From NCBI GenBank assembly GCA_040757115.1, contig JBFLYA010000003.1:1-58260 (forward strand): 58,260 bases of DNA. The letters run 5' to 3'. The position numbers were made by a program, and so were the translations under genes. The notes under the pieces are model-generated. The model saw nothing but the letters and a program-made list of their open reading frames with translations, did not search any database and was not told the origin of the DNA. Every line of letters starts with the position of its first letter. Position 1 is the first letter of the stretch. Origin of the DNA: a bacterium (GTDB taxonomy: Bacteria; UBA9089; CG2-30-40-21; SBAY01). Positions 47,653-58,260 of this stretch are shown here, in pieces.

Positions 47653-48966
47653 TTACAAGCCATATTCTTTTATTTTCTTCTGTAGGGTTTTACGGTCTAC
47701 TCCAATGGCTTTGGCGGCTTTTGTCCGATTACCGCCAACTTCCTGTAGGACTTTAATCAACAATTCCCGCTCAAGTTGTGCCTTTGCTTGATATACTGAC
47801 TCTTTAAATGATAGATTCTTCTCTTTTGCCTTAATTATATTATTTGGAATATCCTCAATATCTATTTTATCACCTTTAGCCAACACTACCATTCTTTCAA
47901 CTACATTCTCAAGTTCTCGAATATTTCCAAACCAATCATATGAAGTCAATAATTCTTGTGCCTCTTTTGTAATCCCAAGTATATTTTTATTAGTCCGAAG
48001 ATTAAATATCTTTAAAAAATGCTCTAATAAAATAGGAATGTCATCCTTTCTTTCTCGCAAAGGAGGTAAAAATATTGGGACAACATTTAGTCGATAGAAC
48101 AATTCTTCTCTATATTTTCCTTCTTTAACCGCCTTTTCTAAATCACGATTAGTAGCGGCAATAACCTTGACATCTACTTTGATAGTTTTAGTGCCTCCAA
48201 CTCGTTCAAACTCCCTTTCTTGCAACACACGCAGTAACTTAATCTGCATAGGTATATCCATCTCTCCCACCTCATCTAAAAATATAGTTCCTGTATTAGC
48301 CAGTTCAAATCTACCCAGTCGTTGGTTTATTGCCCCTGTAAATGCACCCTTTTCATGTCCAAATAATTCACTCTCTAATAGATTTTCTGGTAATGCCACA
48401 CAATTAACTGGTATAAAAGGTTTATCTTGCCGCAGACTTAATCGATGTATTGCCTTTGCCACTAACTCTTTACCTGTCCCGGTCTCGCCTCTAATCAGAA
48501 CAGTAGTATCGGTTTTAGCTACCTGGTTAATTAATTCATGTATCTCTTTTATCTTTTGACTTTTGCCAATAATCTCGTCAAACTTTGCCTCTTTTTTTAT
48601 TTCTTTATGTAGTTGAAGTGCCTTTGAAACAACTATGGTTATCTCATCTAATTCAAAAGGTTTGGTGATATAATCATAAGCCCCTTGTTTCATTGCCTCA
48701 ATTGCTGTCTTAAGAGTTCCAAAGGCAGTAATCATAATCACAATTACATCCGGGGAGATTTTCTTAGCCCTTTTTAAAAGCTCTAATCCGTCCATCTGAG
48801 GCATCTTTAAATCAGTAATTATTAATGAGAACTCCTGTATTGGTTTATTTAGTGCCTCTTGCCCATTCTTAGCAGTAGTTACTAAGTAACTCTCTTTAGT
48901 AAGAATAGTAACTAATGCATTGCGAATTTTTTCCTCATCGTCTACTACTAAAATCTTCTTCTTCAT
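47653..48966 (-). CDS. NtrC/AtoC-family sigma-54-dependent response regulator
   Basis: Receiver domain; GETGTGKE, GAFTGA, FLDEVGE; C-terminal Fis-type HTH. Confidence 0.95.
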   Translation of the reverse strand: MKKKILVVDDEEKIRNALVTILTKESYLVTTAKNGQEALNKPIQEFSLIITDLKMPQMDGLELLKRAKKISPDVIVIMITAFGTLKTAIEAMKQGAYDYITKPFELDEITIVVSKALQLHKEIKKEAKFDEIIGKSQKIKEIHELINQVAKTDTTVLIRGETGTGKELVAKAIHRLSLRQDKPFIPVNCVALPENLLESELFGHEKGAFTGAINQRLGRFELANTGTIFLDEVGEMDIPMQIKLLRVLQEREFERVGGTKTIKVDVKVIAATNRDLEKAVKEGKYREELFYRLNVVPIFLPPLRERKDDIPILLEHFLKIFNLRTNKNILGITKEAQELLTSYDWFGNIRELENVVERMVVLAKGDKIDIEDIPNNIIKAKEKNLSFKESVYQAKAQLERELLIKVLQEVGGNRTKAAKAIGVDRKTLQKKIKEYGL

Positions 48967-48991
48967 CCTGGATTATCCTTAAAAAATTATA

Positions 48992-49533
48992 GTAACCGTT
49001 CACCGCAGAGACGCAGAGAAGAAAATTAGAATCTATTCACCAGAAACAGAAATTTCTTTTTTTGTGCATTTCGGGTCTTCTGGAGTTTCGTTAATTTAAG
49101 GAGCCATTGAGGCTATCTGAATCCCTATCAATCTGTTTATTTTGCTCAAAGATGGCAAAATTAGGCTCAAAAGCCTGATGATTTTTTTGCAACTTATCCT
49201 TTGAAGTTGAGTTGATAAAAAATGTTTTACCTATTTTCTTCCCTTTGTGTCCTTTGCGTTACTACTTTGTGCCCTTTGCGATTTATCCTTTTTTAACCGC
49301 AAAGAACGCAAAGAAATCGACCGCAAAGAACGCAAAGATTAAAGGAGAAAGGAATCATAGAAAATTCACGAAACTCCAGGTCTTTCGTTGTTTATTAATC
49401 TTTTAATACTTACTTTCGACTAACTGTTTTTAAGCCTTTTTAAACACCGAAAAACGCGATAAACACGAAAAAAAGATATTTTCCTCTCTGTTTCTCTGCG
49501 TCTCTGCAGTAAAGGATTACCTGAACGGTTACA
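48992..49533. mobile_element. Composite repeat element with a nested 300-bp MITE
   Basis: Outer ends GTAACCGTTCA / TGAACGGTTAC; inner element 49080-49379 has TIR CTGGAGTTTCGT and 5-bp duplication GTCTT; related ends at ~52977-53083. Confidence 0.75.
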
Positions 49534-49593
49534 GTTTTTAAGCATAGTTGTAGGAGAACTAGGATTGGTTCAACTTCAATCCCGCGAACGGTA

Positions 49594-49878
49594 TAGTGTA
49601 GCGTTCTCTAAATACATATAATAGTTATTAACGAAAATTTCCGACCTGTACGGTTAGCAGTTCGAGAATTATCCGCAAGCGTTAGTTGGTGTAAGAAAAG
49701 GAGATAGAGAGATAGGGGAATAAGGAGATTACTACTGCCTCAGCAAGTAAATTTTCTTGATATTTTTCCATCTCCATATCCTTTATCTCCTTATCCCCCT
49801 TTCTTACACTTTTGATATATAGCCTGAACGGTTACAAAAACTTTATATTGTTATATCTACTTAGAGAACGCTACACTA
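49594..49878. mobile_element. MITE with 27-bp TIRs beginning with TA
   Basis: TAGTGTAGCGTTCTCTAAATACATATA versus the reverse complement of 49852-49878 (25/27); contains fragments of other repeat families. Confidence 0.8.
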
Positions 49879-50050
49879 GTACCGTGTTAGCTAAGTTCTT
49901 TCACAGTTTAAGGGATCTATCATTACAAAATGTGTTCCCTTCCCTTTCTCCATCATTAGAAAAAAGTGTGAGAAAATTTACTTAACATGGCAATAGGATG
50001 CTAATTGCTTATATGTCTTTGACCATACCTCTATCTTTTGCTTATTAAAT

Positions 50051-50325
50051 TTGCTCCAGAGGAGCAATCTGTTTGTAGAAAAAAATGTCCTCCCATAACA
50101 TAAAGCTCCATAGGAGCGACCTAAATTATTCAATCCATTCAAACAAATATCTTTCATCGTATTCAATTTTAAATTTTTTCAAAAACTCATTTTTTGTTCA
50201 CGGGCTTGAACAATACCTGTAATGTATTTCTGCCATTCTTCCCTATGTTGTTTGCGAATGAGATGTTATCTGCCTTTTACAGCAAATACAATTTGAATAT
50301 AAATTTGAGAATAGGTGTTTGCCAT
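50051..50325 (-). pseudogene. tnpA: IS200/IS605-family TnpA remnant with adjacent REP-like hairpins
   Basis: MANTYSQIYIQIVFAVKGR*HLIRKQHREEWQKYITGIV, internal deletion, then EFLKKFKIEYDERYLFEWIE* (50126-50325); gctccagaggagc hairpins at 50051-50122. Confidence 0.8.
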
Positions 50326-50852
50326 TTTTCAGAAAGCAAAAAATGGCTTTAAGATGGTTACTTGGGCTGTTTATTCAGCTTCACCGAGAATTTCTGTGGT
50401 TGCAAAAAAAATATTGACAATATGATTATTTTAGTATAAACTATGGTTTAGAGAAGTCAGAAGATAGATAAAAATTGGTAACTAATTACCATTCACGTAA
50501 GTGTTCAGGGGGAAATGAAGGGAAAATGGAAAAAACTGGGGAAAGGGGTAAATAGGGCTTCACAAAATTAAATAAAGAGATTAGCATGGTAGAGGCGTTC
50601 TGTTTGTAGAATGTATGAGGCAGACAAAGAAGAAATGTAAGCGTTCAGCGGTCAGCCATCAGTTGTCAACATTTAGCCACCCTGCTTTCGAGGTTTGCTA
50701 CAGGTATTTCGAAACTTTAGAGGAGTTGTTTTTGGCTACATATCCAGGTTGCTTTCTTCTTGTTAGTCGGGATCCAACAAATGGCAAACCAAAGGTGCAA
50801 TTTGATAGCGCCAGTAGAAATTATGTGATTAAAGGGTTGGAAAAAGATAAAA

Positions 50853-51551
50853 ATGAGAAAAAGGTTGTATCTAAAAAAATCGGACAGAAAGAATATAATA
50901 TCGTTTATAGCTGTTAGTTTATGTTGGCTTTATACAGGTTGTGCGGGGATACCAATAACCCCAATAGAAAATAATGAGCAAGAGATAAAATATGAGCGAT
51001 TAGGAGAACATATCATCAAGGCACATATAGATGGATATGCTAAAGATGACCTAATTATTTGTGTCCCATCTTATAATTCTAATCGTGGCAAAATTTATAT
51101 ATTTTATGGAAGAAATCTTGAGTCCAAAGGTTGTATAACATCTCCTCTCTGGGCTGATGCTACTATCGAAGGAGAAAATGAACAAGAGAGGATAGGTGAG
51201 TTTGTATTCACAGGTGACCTAAATGGAGATAAAATGGATGACTTAATTATTGGTGTCCCTTCTGCTAATTTCAATAAAGGCAAAATCTGTATATTTTATG
51301 GCGGGAATATTACTGGAAACAAGTCACTTTATTTTGCAGATACGGTTATTGAAGGTCTAAAAGAAGAGGATAGAGTAGGTGAAAATGTTACCATAGCCAA
51401 TCATCATAAGGAAAGTGACAATAATAAGAATGATTTGATAATAAGTGTACCTACTGCTGATGCTAATAAAGGTAAGATTTATATCTTTTATGGAGGAAGT
51501 ATCCCCCGATTTACAACCTCTGTATCCTCTGCTAATCTTACGATTCAATAG
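50853..51551 (+). CDS. FG-GAP/integrin-alpha repeat lipoprotein
   Basis: Lipobox-like YTGC; three DDLII.VP....GKI.IFYG repeats; GDLNGDKMDDL. Confidence 0.82.
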   Translation: MRKRLYLKKSDRKNIISFIAVSLCWLYTGCAGIPITPIENNEQEIKYERLGEHIIKAHIDGYAKDDLIICVPSYNSNRGKIYIFYGRNLESKGCITSPLWADATIEGENEQERIGEFVFTGDLNGDKMDDLIIGVPSANFNKGKICIFYGGNITGNKSLYFADTVIEGLKEEDRVGENVTIANHHKESDNNKNDLIISVPTADANKGKIYIFYGGSIPRFTTSVSSANLTIQ

Positions 51552-51670
51552 GGGAAAAGTGGAATTATAGTTATCGGTTATCAGTTATAGCATTATTACC
51601 GATTACCTGATTACCACACCACTTTCTCTCTCTTCCTGTGCGTCTCTGTGGTAAAGGACTATCTGAACGG

Positions 51671-51994
51671 TTACGGAAAAATAATCCTTCCAATCTTTAT
51701 AAGTATTTCAATCTCTTGATTTGATTTATCTTTAATTATCTCAAATAACTCCTCACTTTTTACTTCTATATTTTTAACCATTCCTTCATCTACTAAAAGA
51801 GATGCTAATGGTATTTTGAAAAAGGTAGCAATTTTAGATAATGTGTCTAATGAAGGACTGCGTAATCCTCTTTCAAGCAATCCTATATAACTATTATGTA
51901 AATTAAGTTGTTCTGCCAATTCATCCTGAGTCAGGTCATGTTCTAACCTTAACTTACGAATTCTTCTTCCAACAAGTTTATTAATTGATTCCAT
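51671..51994 (-). CDS. Xre-family HTH transcriptional regulator
   Basis: VGRRIRKLRLEHDLTQDELAEQLNLHNSYIGLLERGLRSPSL. Confidence 0.9.
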   Translation of the reverse strand: MESINKLVGRRIRKLRLEHDLTQDELAEQLNLHNSYIGLLERGLRSPSLDTLSKIATFFKIPLASLLVDEGMVKNIEVKSEELFEIIKDKSNQEIEILIKIGRIIFP

Positions 51995-52063
51995 AATTCC
52001 CTCCTGGTTTCAATAGTTTATCTTAAATTTAAAAAAAAGTTAAGAGACTGATAGAATTTTTTC

Positions 52064-52092
52064 TTGACTTTTAGAATTGTTTGTGGTATAAT
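52064..52092 (+). promoter_or_regulatory. Sigma-70 promoter divergent from the Xre gene
   Basis: TTGACT-17 bp-TATAAT with extended TG. Confidence 0.7.
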
Positions 52093-52286
52093 AAAATATA
52101 AAGGTCGATCTACTTTTGCCTAGAGGGAATGAATCTCTTAACTATCTTTATTCCTCAATCCAAAAGTAGAAAAAGATATCTCTTTCCTGACTACCATGCT
52201 GAATAAGAGAGATAAACTTTCTTGTATAGCAAAAAGTTATTGACAGGGAAAGAGAAAAAGATTAAAATGAAAGGAAGTGAAAAAAA

Positions 52287-52742
52287 ATGAAATCCTATCG
52301 CTCAATTACAGTGTTAGCAGGGTTAGTATGTATCATTATTTTCTCTACAGGATGTGGGGAGAAAAAGAAGCCTGATTTTGCTGCTATACAACTTACTTGT
52401 TCTACAGATTTCCCTAAGATTAACGAAAACGTTACTACTTACTTAAGAGTGGAAAATGTAGGAAAGGCTGGGGGACATGGACAGGTAGCAATATACGTAA
52501 TAGACAGGACGGATGGTAGCTATTTACTGAAGGTTGAAAAAAACGTGAACCTGAACAGTGGAGAACAAACGAGATTAGAAGGAACATGGCATGCTACACA
52601 CCCATGTTCAGTTTACGTAGAGGGTAAGGCTCAAGCGAATGATGATGCGAATCCTAACAATGGTAAAATAGTGAAGACCTACGATATTGGCTGCATGTCT
52701 TCGCCTGTTGTTTTTCATTTCTCACACCCCTATCTCCGCTAG
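52287..52742 (+). CDS. Lipoprotein with CARDB/Ig-like domain
   Basis: Lipobox STGC; PDF, LRVENVG, LNSGEQ...W, DANPNN. Confidence 0.7.
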   Translation: MKSYRSITVLAGLVCIIIFSTGCGEKKKPDFAAIQLTCSTDFPKINENVTTYLRVENVGKAGGHGQVAIYVIDRTDGSYLLKVEKNVNLNSGEQTRLEGTWHATHPCSVYVEGKAQANDDANPNNGKIVKTYDIGCMSSPVVFHFSHPYLR

Positions 52743-53242
52743 GAGGGATTGTTCCGTATGAGGGAGAGCTATTCACAATAGCGAATCCACCAGGAAATCA
52801 TCCCAATCCAAATCCACTTATAGGATGATGGTGTGGACTACGGTAAGTAAATGATATCAAAACAGAAATGGAGAAGAAAAGGAGAGAGGAAGAATTATAT
52901 TTTTATTTTTCCTCTCTCTTAATATTAGAGAACAAGAAAGAAAAAAGGGATGTATTAATTAATAAATTTTATCTGCTGGAGTTTCGTCAATTTATTTAAT
53001 AAAACCACATTTCGTCCTTTTCGTGCTTTCGTAGTTCTATTTTGATAAATGAGCAACTAATCTATTATAAATTCACGAAACTATACGGAAATGGAAATAA
53101 TGAAAAAGATAAAAGATAGTCTTTATTTTTGAATGGTGAGATAAAATACACTTATGCTCCTATCTCAAAATGGAATGACATAGATGTAGGCGGGATAACT
53201 GTCGTTGGTGGAATTAATTATTTATTTTAAGTGCGAGGGCAA

Positions 53243-54913
53243 ATGAAAAGGATAGTAATCTATGGGGGACTTATCTTATTTAGTTATATCTCCAGAGGAT
53301 ATACTGCACCAATTAACCTATATAATCTGGAATATAGAATTGATAAGGAATTTGATAATCAACTGGAACTGAAACCGTTACAGTTTGAAGAGAAAAGATT
53401 CTTTTTAAATATTCAACCTCTACAATCTAACCTCTGGAATGTAAAAATGGATTTTAAAGAGGGATTAGGAGACAAAATAAATGGTGAGATTTATGGTAAT
53501 TTAGATTCAAAGGGGCATATCTTAGAGGCTGAAGCAAAGTTGAAGATACAAAGGGAAAAGTTTACCTTATCTACCGCATTAGCTCATTTTAATCAAACTC
53601 CCATAATGAAAGAATCTCTATTTGGCAAAGTGAGTTTTATCTTTCTGCCTTCTTCAATGTTTGGCTTTATAAATCAGGAAGGTAAAATAAACATAGGTTG
53701 GTTTCACCTACCTTCTTTATATTCAAGATATACTTTTGGCAAAGATGGAACAGATTTGTTTGGAGTTGGCAGTATGTGGCGTTTCTATACCAGACCTTAT
53801 GAGATTACTCCTGATTTTTTATTCAAAACGGAATTAAAATTAGCTCCGCACTTATTCAGTGAACTACCAGGTAAAGATTATGATGAGAACATGCTATATG
53901 CTTTTTCTGATTTTCCCCTCTCTTATAGTCTAAATCTCAGCAAAAAATTCTCCCAAAAGTGTAAGGTAGAAATGGACTATCAAGGTGAGACGGATCTATC
54001 CTTCAGTCCATGGAGAGAAATCCCTTTAAGTCATGGAGTAATAAGCAAAATAGATTTAAAACCTACTGATGCTCTGCTTTTTCAATTATCAGCATCATAC
54101 CCTTTTGAAGTTAAAAAAATTTCTTATTTTAATTCAAATGCTTCGTTTATGTCTAAAGAAATATTAGGGAATTTAGAATTTAAAGAAAGAAATGGGTGGA
54201 ATTTCAAAGTGCTTTCAGATTATGATTACGAAAAAAATTGGTTTGAAGAGACAACATTTTCTATTTCCAAAAGATTTAATTCCTTAGATGGTGGAATATA
54301 TTATACCAATGAGAGACAATCCTCCCAGCATACAATTGGAATTTATCTTAGCACCAGTGGGAAAACCGGTTATTCCAGGTATAATCTTACCAGATACGAA
54401 GAATTTCCACCAAAGGTCTTACCTGTGTATCAACAGGAAAATATGCAATGGTTGAAAGGTAAAAGTTTTGAGGAAACAGTAGCGGCATTAGATACTCCAG
54501 AAAAGATTAGTTCATATATGGGTCAGTTCTTCAGCTATTATTCTGAGGGCAGAATTATTCCTCAAACTCCCAGAGAGACCTTTGAGAAAAAAAGGGGAGA
54601 TTGTGATGACCAGGCAAGATTTGCCAGTTATGTTTTAACTCAGCATGGTTATGAGGCTTATGTGTTTTGCTATGCTGGACGTAGAGTCGGACATGGCATT
54701 TCTGTTTATAAAGACTATAATGGAAAATGGAATGGTATCGAATATGGCGATATCTTTTATGCTCAAGCAGATAATCCTGAAGAACTTATCACTAAAATAG
54801 AGCCGGCGATGATTAGATATGTACTTTTTAAACCAGATGATAACTACGAAGTAAAGTCATACCTTCAAAGTCAAACCTTTGAAAGAATCATTAATTGGTT
54901 CTGGTCAGAGTAA
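53243..54913 (+). CDS. Exported protein: beta-strand-rich region plus C-terminal transglutaminase-like domain
   Basis: Signal peptide; QTPRETFEKKRGDCDDQA...GHGISVY...GKW. Confidence 0.7.
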   Translation: MKRIVIYGGLILFSYISRGYTAPINLYNLEYRIDKEFDNQLELKPLQFEEKRFFLNIQPLQSNLWNVKMDFKEGLGDKINGEIYGNLDSKGHILEAEAKLKIQREKFTLSTALAHFNQTPIMKESLFGKVSFIFLPSSMFGFINQEGKINIGWFHLPSLYSRYTFGKDGTDLFGVGSMWRFYTRPYEITPDFLFKTELKLAPHLFSELPGKDYDENMLYAFSDFPLSYSLNLSKKFSQKCKVEMDYQGETDLSFSPWREIPLSHGVISKIDLKPTDALLFQLSASYPFEVKKISYFNSNASFMSKEILGNLEFKERNGWNFKVLSDYDYEKNWFEETTFSISKRFNSLDGGIYYTNERQSSQHTIGIYLSTSGKTGYSRYNLTRYEEFPPKVLPVYQQENMQWLKGKSFEETVAALDTPEKISSYMGQFFSYYSEGRIIPQTPRETFEKKRGDCDDQARFASYVLTQHGYEAYVFCYAGRRVGHGISVYKDYNGKWNGIEYGDIFYAQADNPEELITKIEPAMIRYVLFKPDDNYEVKSYLQSQTFERIINWFWSE

Positions 54914-54919
54914 AAGATA

Positions 54920-56368
54920 ATGGTTAAAATTCAGGTTGTTTTAATTGTTGTAATGATTTTGATGTTCTGGCAAAAATTAGTTTTTGCCTCAGAAAATAAA
55001 AATTCTTCTACCTTAACTCTTAGCCTGAAAGACGCCATCTCTACTGCCTTACTTAATAATCAGACAATCCTTAATGATGCTAAAAGTAACTTGAAACTGG
55101 CATCTCGAAATTTAATCGCTATTCATAAACTTTATCAGCCTAAAATTAGTTTAGATATCAGCAGTCAAAGAACAACAAATGAAACAGAACTTACCTCAAC
55201 CAGACAGGATAAATATTCTACTTCATTAAACTCTACCTGGTCAAAGGTTATCTTTACCTCAGGGGTTTTAACTCTATCAGAAGGATACAATTTAAGTGAG
55301 GATAAAAACTCATCACAAAAATTCTCAACTAATCCCTATGTTTCTATAGGATTAAACCAACCACTAAGTGAAGGTGGAAAACTGCAACAAAGATTATCTC
55401 TTATAAATGCTGATGAAAATCTCAAATTAGAAAAAATGAAATATGCCTTAATAGAGGAGCAACTTACACTAAATGTTATTTGTAATTATTATCAACTCAT
55501 TAGAGCCAATCTATTGGTTAAACAAGCAGAAGAACAAGTAGCATTGTCGAAACAACTATTAAAATGGACAGAAGCAAGGTTAAAAGTAGGTCAGATTGCA
55601 GAATTAGATGTGATGAATGCTAAGGTACAATTAGCTAATGATGAAGATTTCTTAGTTCAATCTTATGAACAACGCCAAACACTACAGAGAAGTTTTCTAA
55701 GATTACTCGGATTATCTGAAGATTTGAAACTTGAACTAAGTGATGAAATAGAGGTCAAGATTTTAAATGAAAAGGTTGAGGAAAGTATTAATGCGGCGAT
55801 TGAAAATAGATTAGAGATAAAAATGGCTAAAATAAGTATTGAACAATCTAAAAGAAATATTCCTATTGCCAGAAGTACTAATAAACCTACCTTAACTATA
55901 TCAGGAAATTATAGTTGGACAAACGAATCAGAGGAATTGGAAGAAGCAATAAAAGAGCTACCTCAAAGAAATTGGCTTATCCAGACTAAATTATCATTTC
56001 CGTTTTTTGATTCAGGTTCAACTAAAAATCAGGTAAAGATAGCTGAAATAAATTACCAGAAAACTTTGAATGCCTTTGAGCAGTTAAAAAAGGATATAAT
56101 TGAAGAAATAACCCAAATACATTGGAATCTTAACAAGAATCAAAGAAGACTTGAGGTCTTAGAAGTAAATCTAAAGATTGCTCAGGATGCCAGACGGATA
56201 AGCCAATTAAAATACGAGATGGGTTTGCTTACTATTCGTGAGGTATTACAATCACAAATTACCTATTCTAATGTAAAAATTTCAATTGATGATGCCAAAA
56301 TAGATTACCTCATTAATCAAGCAAAATTATCTAAGGCAATAGGAAAACTAAAAAATGAATATCTTTAA
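54920..56368 (+). CDS. TolC-family outer membrane protein
   Basis: LSLKDAISTALLNN, LSFPFFDSG, YEMGLLT, LSKAIG. Confidence 0.9.
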   Translation: MVKIQVVLIVVMILMFWQKLVFASENKNSSTLTLSLKDAISTALLNNQTILNDAKSNLKLASRNLIAIHKLYQPKISLDISSQRTTNETELTSTRQDKYSTSLNSTWSKVIFTSGVLTLSEGYNLSEDKNSSQKFSTNPYVSIGLNQPLSEGGKLQQRLSLINADENLKLEKMKYALIEEQLTLNVICNYYQLIRANLLVKQAEEQVALSKQLLKWTEARLKVGQIAELDVMNAKVQLANDEDFLVQSYEQRQTLQRSFLRLLGLSEDLKLELSDEIEVKILNEKVEESINAAIENRLEIKMAKISIEQSKRNIPIARSTNKPTLTISGNYSWTNESEELEEAIKELPQRNWLIQTKLSFPFFDSGSTKNQVKIAEINYQKTLNAFEQLKKDIIEEITQIHWNLNKNQRRLEVLEVNLKIAQDARRISQLKYEMGLLTIREVLQSQITYSNVKISIDDAKIDYLINQAKLSKAIGKLKNEYL

Positions 56369-57533
56369 TTTGTTATTAAAATTAGTAAATTTGTTAATAA
56401 TAATTATTGTTATTCTTATTGGATATAAGTGGTGGAACCACTATGGACAGCAGACTTTCTTTCCTAATAACAGTGAGACTAAAGAGATAAAAGTAGCATC
56501 TGCAAAAAGAGGCAAGATAAAATATCAAATAGTTGCTTCTGGGAAGGTAAGCTCAGATAAGATAAAAAAGATACAAACTAAAACATCAGGAATTGTAAAA
56601 TTACTATCTTGTAAAGAAGGTGATAAGGTAAAAGCAGGAGATGTGCTTTGTATAATTAAAAGTCCAACTATCTTTGGAAATAGTAAAGAAATAGAAAAGG
56701 CATTATTTCATAAAAGAGTTAAAGTATTAGAAAACTATCTCCGTAAAACCTATAATAACAAATTAGAAGCATTAGAATCAGCCCAGATAAATTATCACTC
56801 TACCTTAGAAAAATATAGCCAATTAAAATTACTCTATCAGGAGAAGGCTATATCCAAACAAGAGCTCACAGAATCTGAAATAGCCTTTAAAAGAGCCGAA
56901 TTTCAATATCATTCAGCTAAGTTTGCATTTGAGCAAGAATTAGAACTATCAAGGGTTATAGCACCAGGTAGTGGAACTATTATATTAAATCGTGTAACAG
57001 AAGGTACAGAAGTAGAGACAGGAAGTGAGTTGTTTTTATTAGCAGATATGTCTTCTCTTATAGCTAAGGTAGTTGTAGATGAGGCTGATATAGAGAAGGT
57101 AAAAATTGGGCAGAAAGTAGAGATTAGTGGAGAGAGTTTTGCACCACTTATGTTATCTGGTGTAGTTGAGAAGATAGGTGCTTATGCTTATCAATCGGAA
57201 CGAGGTTTTCCAGGTATAGAAGTGATTTGTAGGATTAATCTTAATAAAGAAGTTGCTAAATTGCTTATATTAGAATCCTCTTGTATCGCTAAGATAATTA
57301 TTGAAGAAAAAGAAAATGCACTCTGCATTCCCTCAATTGCCCTTTTAGCGAATGAAAAAGAAACTCAAGTATTTGTAGTTGATAATTCACAGGTCCATTT
57401 AAAAAAAGTAAAGATTGGAATAATTACTCAAGATTTAGTAGAAATAACTGATGGATTAAAGGAAGGAGAGAAAGTAGTTACCATCGGGAGTTTAGACCTA
57501 CAACCTGGCGATTATGTAAAGATTAAAAAATGA
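56355..57533 (+). CDS. Efflux periplasmic adaptor (MacA-like MFP)
   Basis: N-terminal TM; KEGDKVKAGDVL, VIAPGSG, VDEADIEKVKIGQ, GLKEGEKVV. Confidence 0.9.
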   Translation: MNIFNLLLKLVNLLIIIIVILIGYKWWNHYGQQTFFPNNSETKEIKVASAKRGKIKYQIVASGKVSSDKIKKIQTKTSGIVKLLSCKEGDKVKAGDVLCIIKSPTIFGNSKEIEKALFHKRVKVLENYLRKTYNNKLEALESAQINYHSTLEKYSQLKLLYQEKAISKQELTESEIAFKRAEFQYHSAKFAFEQELELSRVIAPGSGTIILNRVTEGTEVETGSELFLLADMSSLIAKVVVDEADIEKVKIGQKVEISGESFAPLMLSGVVEKIGAYAYQSERGFPGIEVICRINLNKEVAKLLILESSCIAKIIIEEKENALCIPSIALLANEKETQVFVVDNSQVHLKKVKIGIITQDLVEITDGLKEGEKVVTIGSLDLQPGDYVKIKK

Positions 57534-58120
57534 GCTTAATAGATACAATAGAAACAGCTATTACTAATCTCAAAATTAATAAATTTCGTTCCTTTTTAAC
57601 TATATTAGGGGTAGTAATAGGTATATCGGCAATTATAATTATTTGTGCCTTAGGTGAAGGGAATCGGATTAATGTATTAAAAGAGATGGAGAAAATTGGA
57701 GCTGATTTATTATGGATAAATATAGATTCTCTAAATACGAATTCGCCTTCTATCGTTATAGGTTTTGAAGAAGAAGATTTAAAAGCTATTTTACAATTGT
57801 GCTCTAAAATCAGAGCAGTCTCTTTTGAAGAAAGCCTACATTCAGTTCCGTTTAAATATTTAAACCGAAAAACCTACTTTACCTTAAAAGGGATAAATGC
57901 TTCTTATCAAAAAATCCATCGACTTAAACTTCTCAAAGGAAGATTTATCTCTAATATAGATGAAAAAATAAAGGCAAGGATATGTATTTTAGAAGACTCA
58001 AGACATACAAAGGAAATATTCGGAATGTCTAATCCTGTTGGTAAAGAGGTATTAATCAATCAACAACCTTTCAGAATAGTTGGTGTAGTAGCATATAACC
58101 TGAAATCGGCAAGTAGTTGA
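57530..58120 (+). pseudogene. MacB/FtsX-family ABC permease, C-terminally truncated
   Basis: RSFLTILGVVIGISAII, GRFI, FRIVGV, then an early stop in unrelated purine-rich sequence; the C-terminal TM domain is absent. Confidence 0.75.
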
Positions 58121-58260
58121 GTAAAAAGGGGGGAGGGGGGAGTGGGGTAAAAAAGAAGGCTATTTTGACAAATTGGGGAGAGAATTAAGGAAAAGATGAA
58201 GGGAATTAGATAACAGATAGGATTAAGATGGGAGGGAGTCATAATTTGGGCACAATACGA

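Noticed and set aside
50615-50917. 100-aa ORF, and a GGCAAACC resembling a c-di-GMP-I riboswitch
   Set aside because: No recognisable protein motif, overlaps the lipoprotein start, and the remaining riboswitch elements are absent.

Overview
AT-rich bacterial DNA, apparently from a diderm (TolC and predicted outer-membrane proteins). It is a patchwork of accessory modules separated by many miniature transposons (MITEs). (1) 1-1245: end of an integron cassette array, with two attC sites, an intact antitoxin/RelE-ParE pair and a broken hicBA pair. (2) 2410-16236, minus strand: an ~11-gene operon that looks like a complete membrane-centred ubiquitin-like system. It encodes a ThiF-family E1, a multi-TM RING-like E3, a poly-Ubl protein, a Ubl-E2 fusion, a JAB peptidase with a TM helix and external FN3-like domains, two coiled-coil proteins, a Cdc48/Ycf46-type AAA+ ATPase, a TM-FHA protein and a vWA-TM-proline-rich protein. 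This is the most interesting feature of the window. (3) 16710-40338: a ~16 kb putative biosynthetic island (aconitase/IPMI-like subunits, two radical SAM enzymes, methyltransferases, YrdC-like, ElbB, MFS, PhnDCE). It lies between two ~3.5 kb direct repeats of a large surface-protein gene, and its first gene is preceded by an inverted copy of the E1 promoter. (4) 36959-48966, minus strand: pilin/chaperone/anchor-like genes downstream of three stand-alone receiver proteins, a sigma-54 promoter and an NtrC-family activator. (5) 50853-58120: lipoproteins, an Xre regulator, a transglutaminase-like protein and TolC/MFP/truncated MacB. All family assignments come from motif recognition by eye; no database searches were run.
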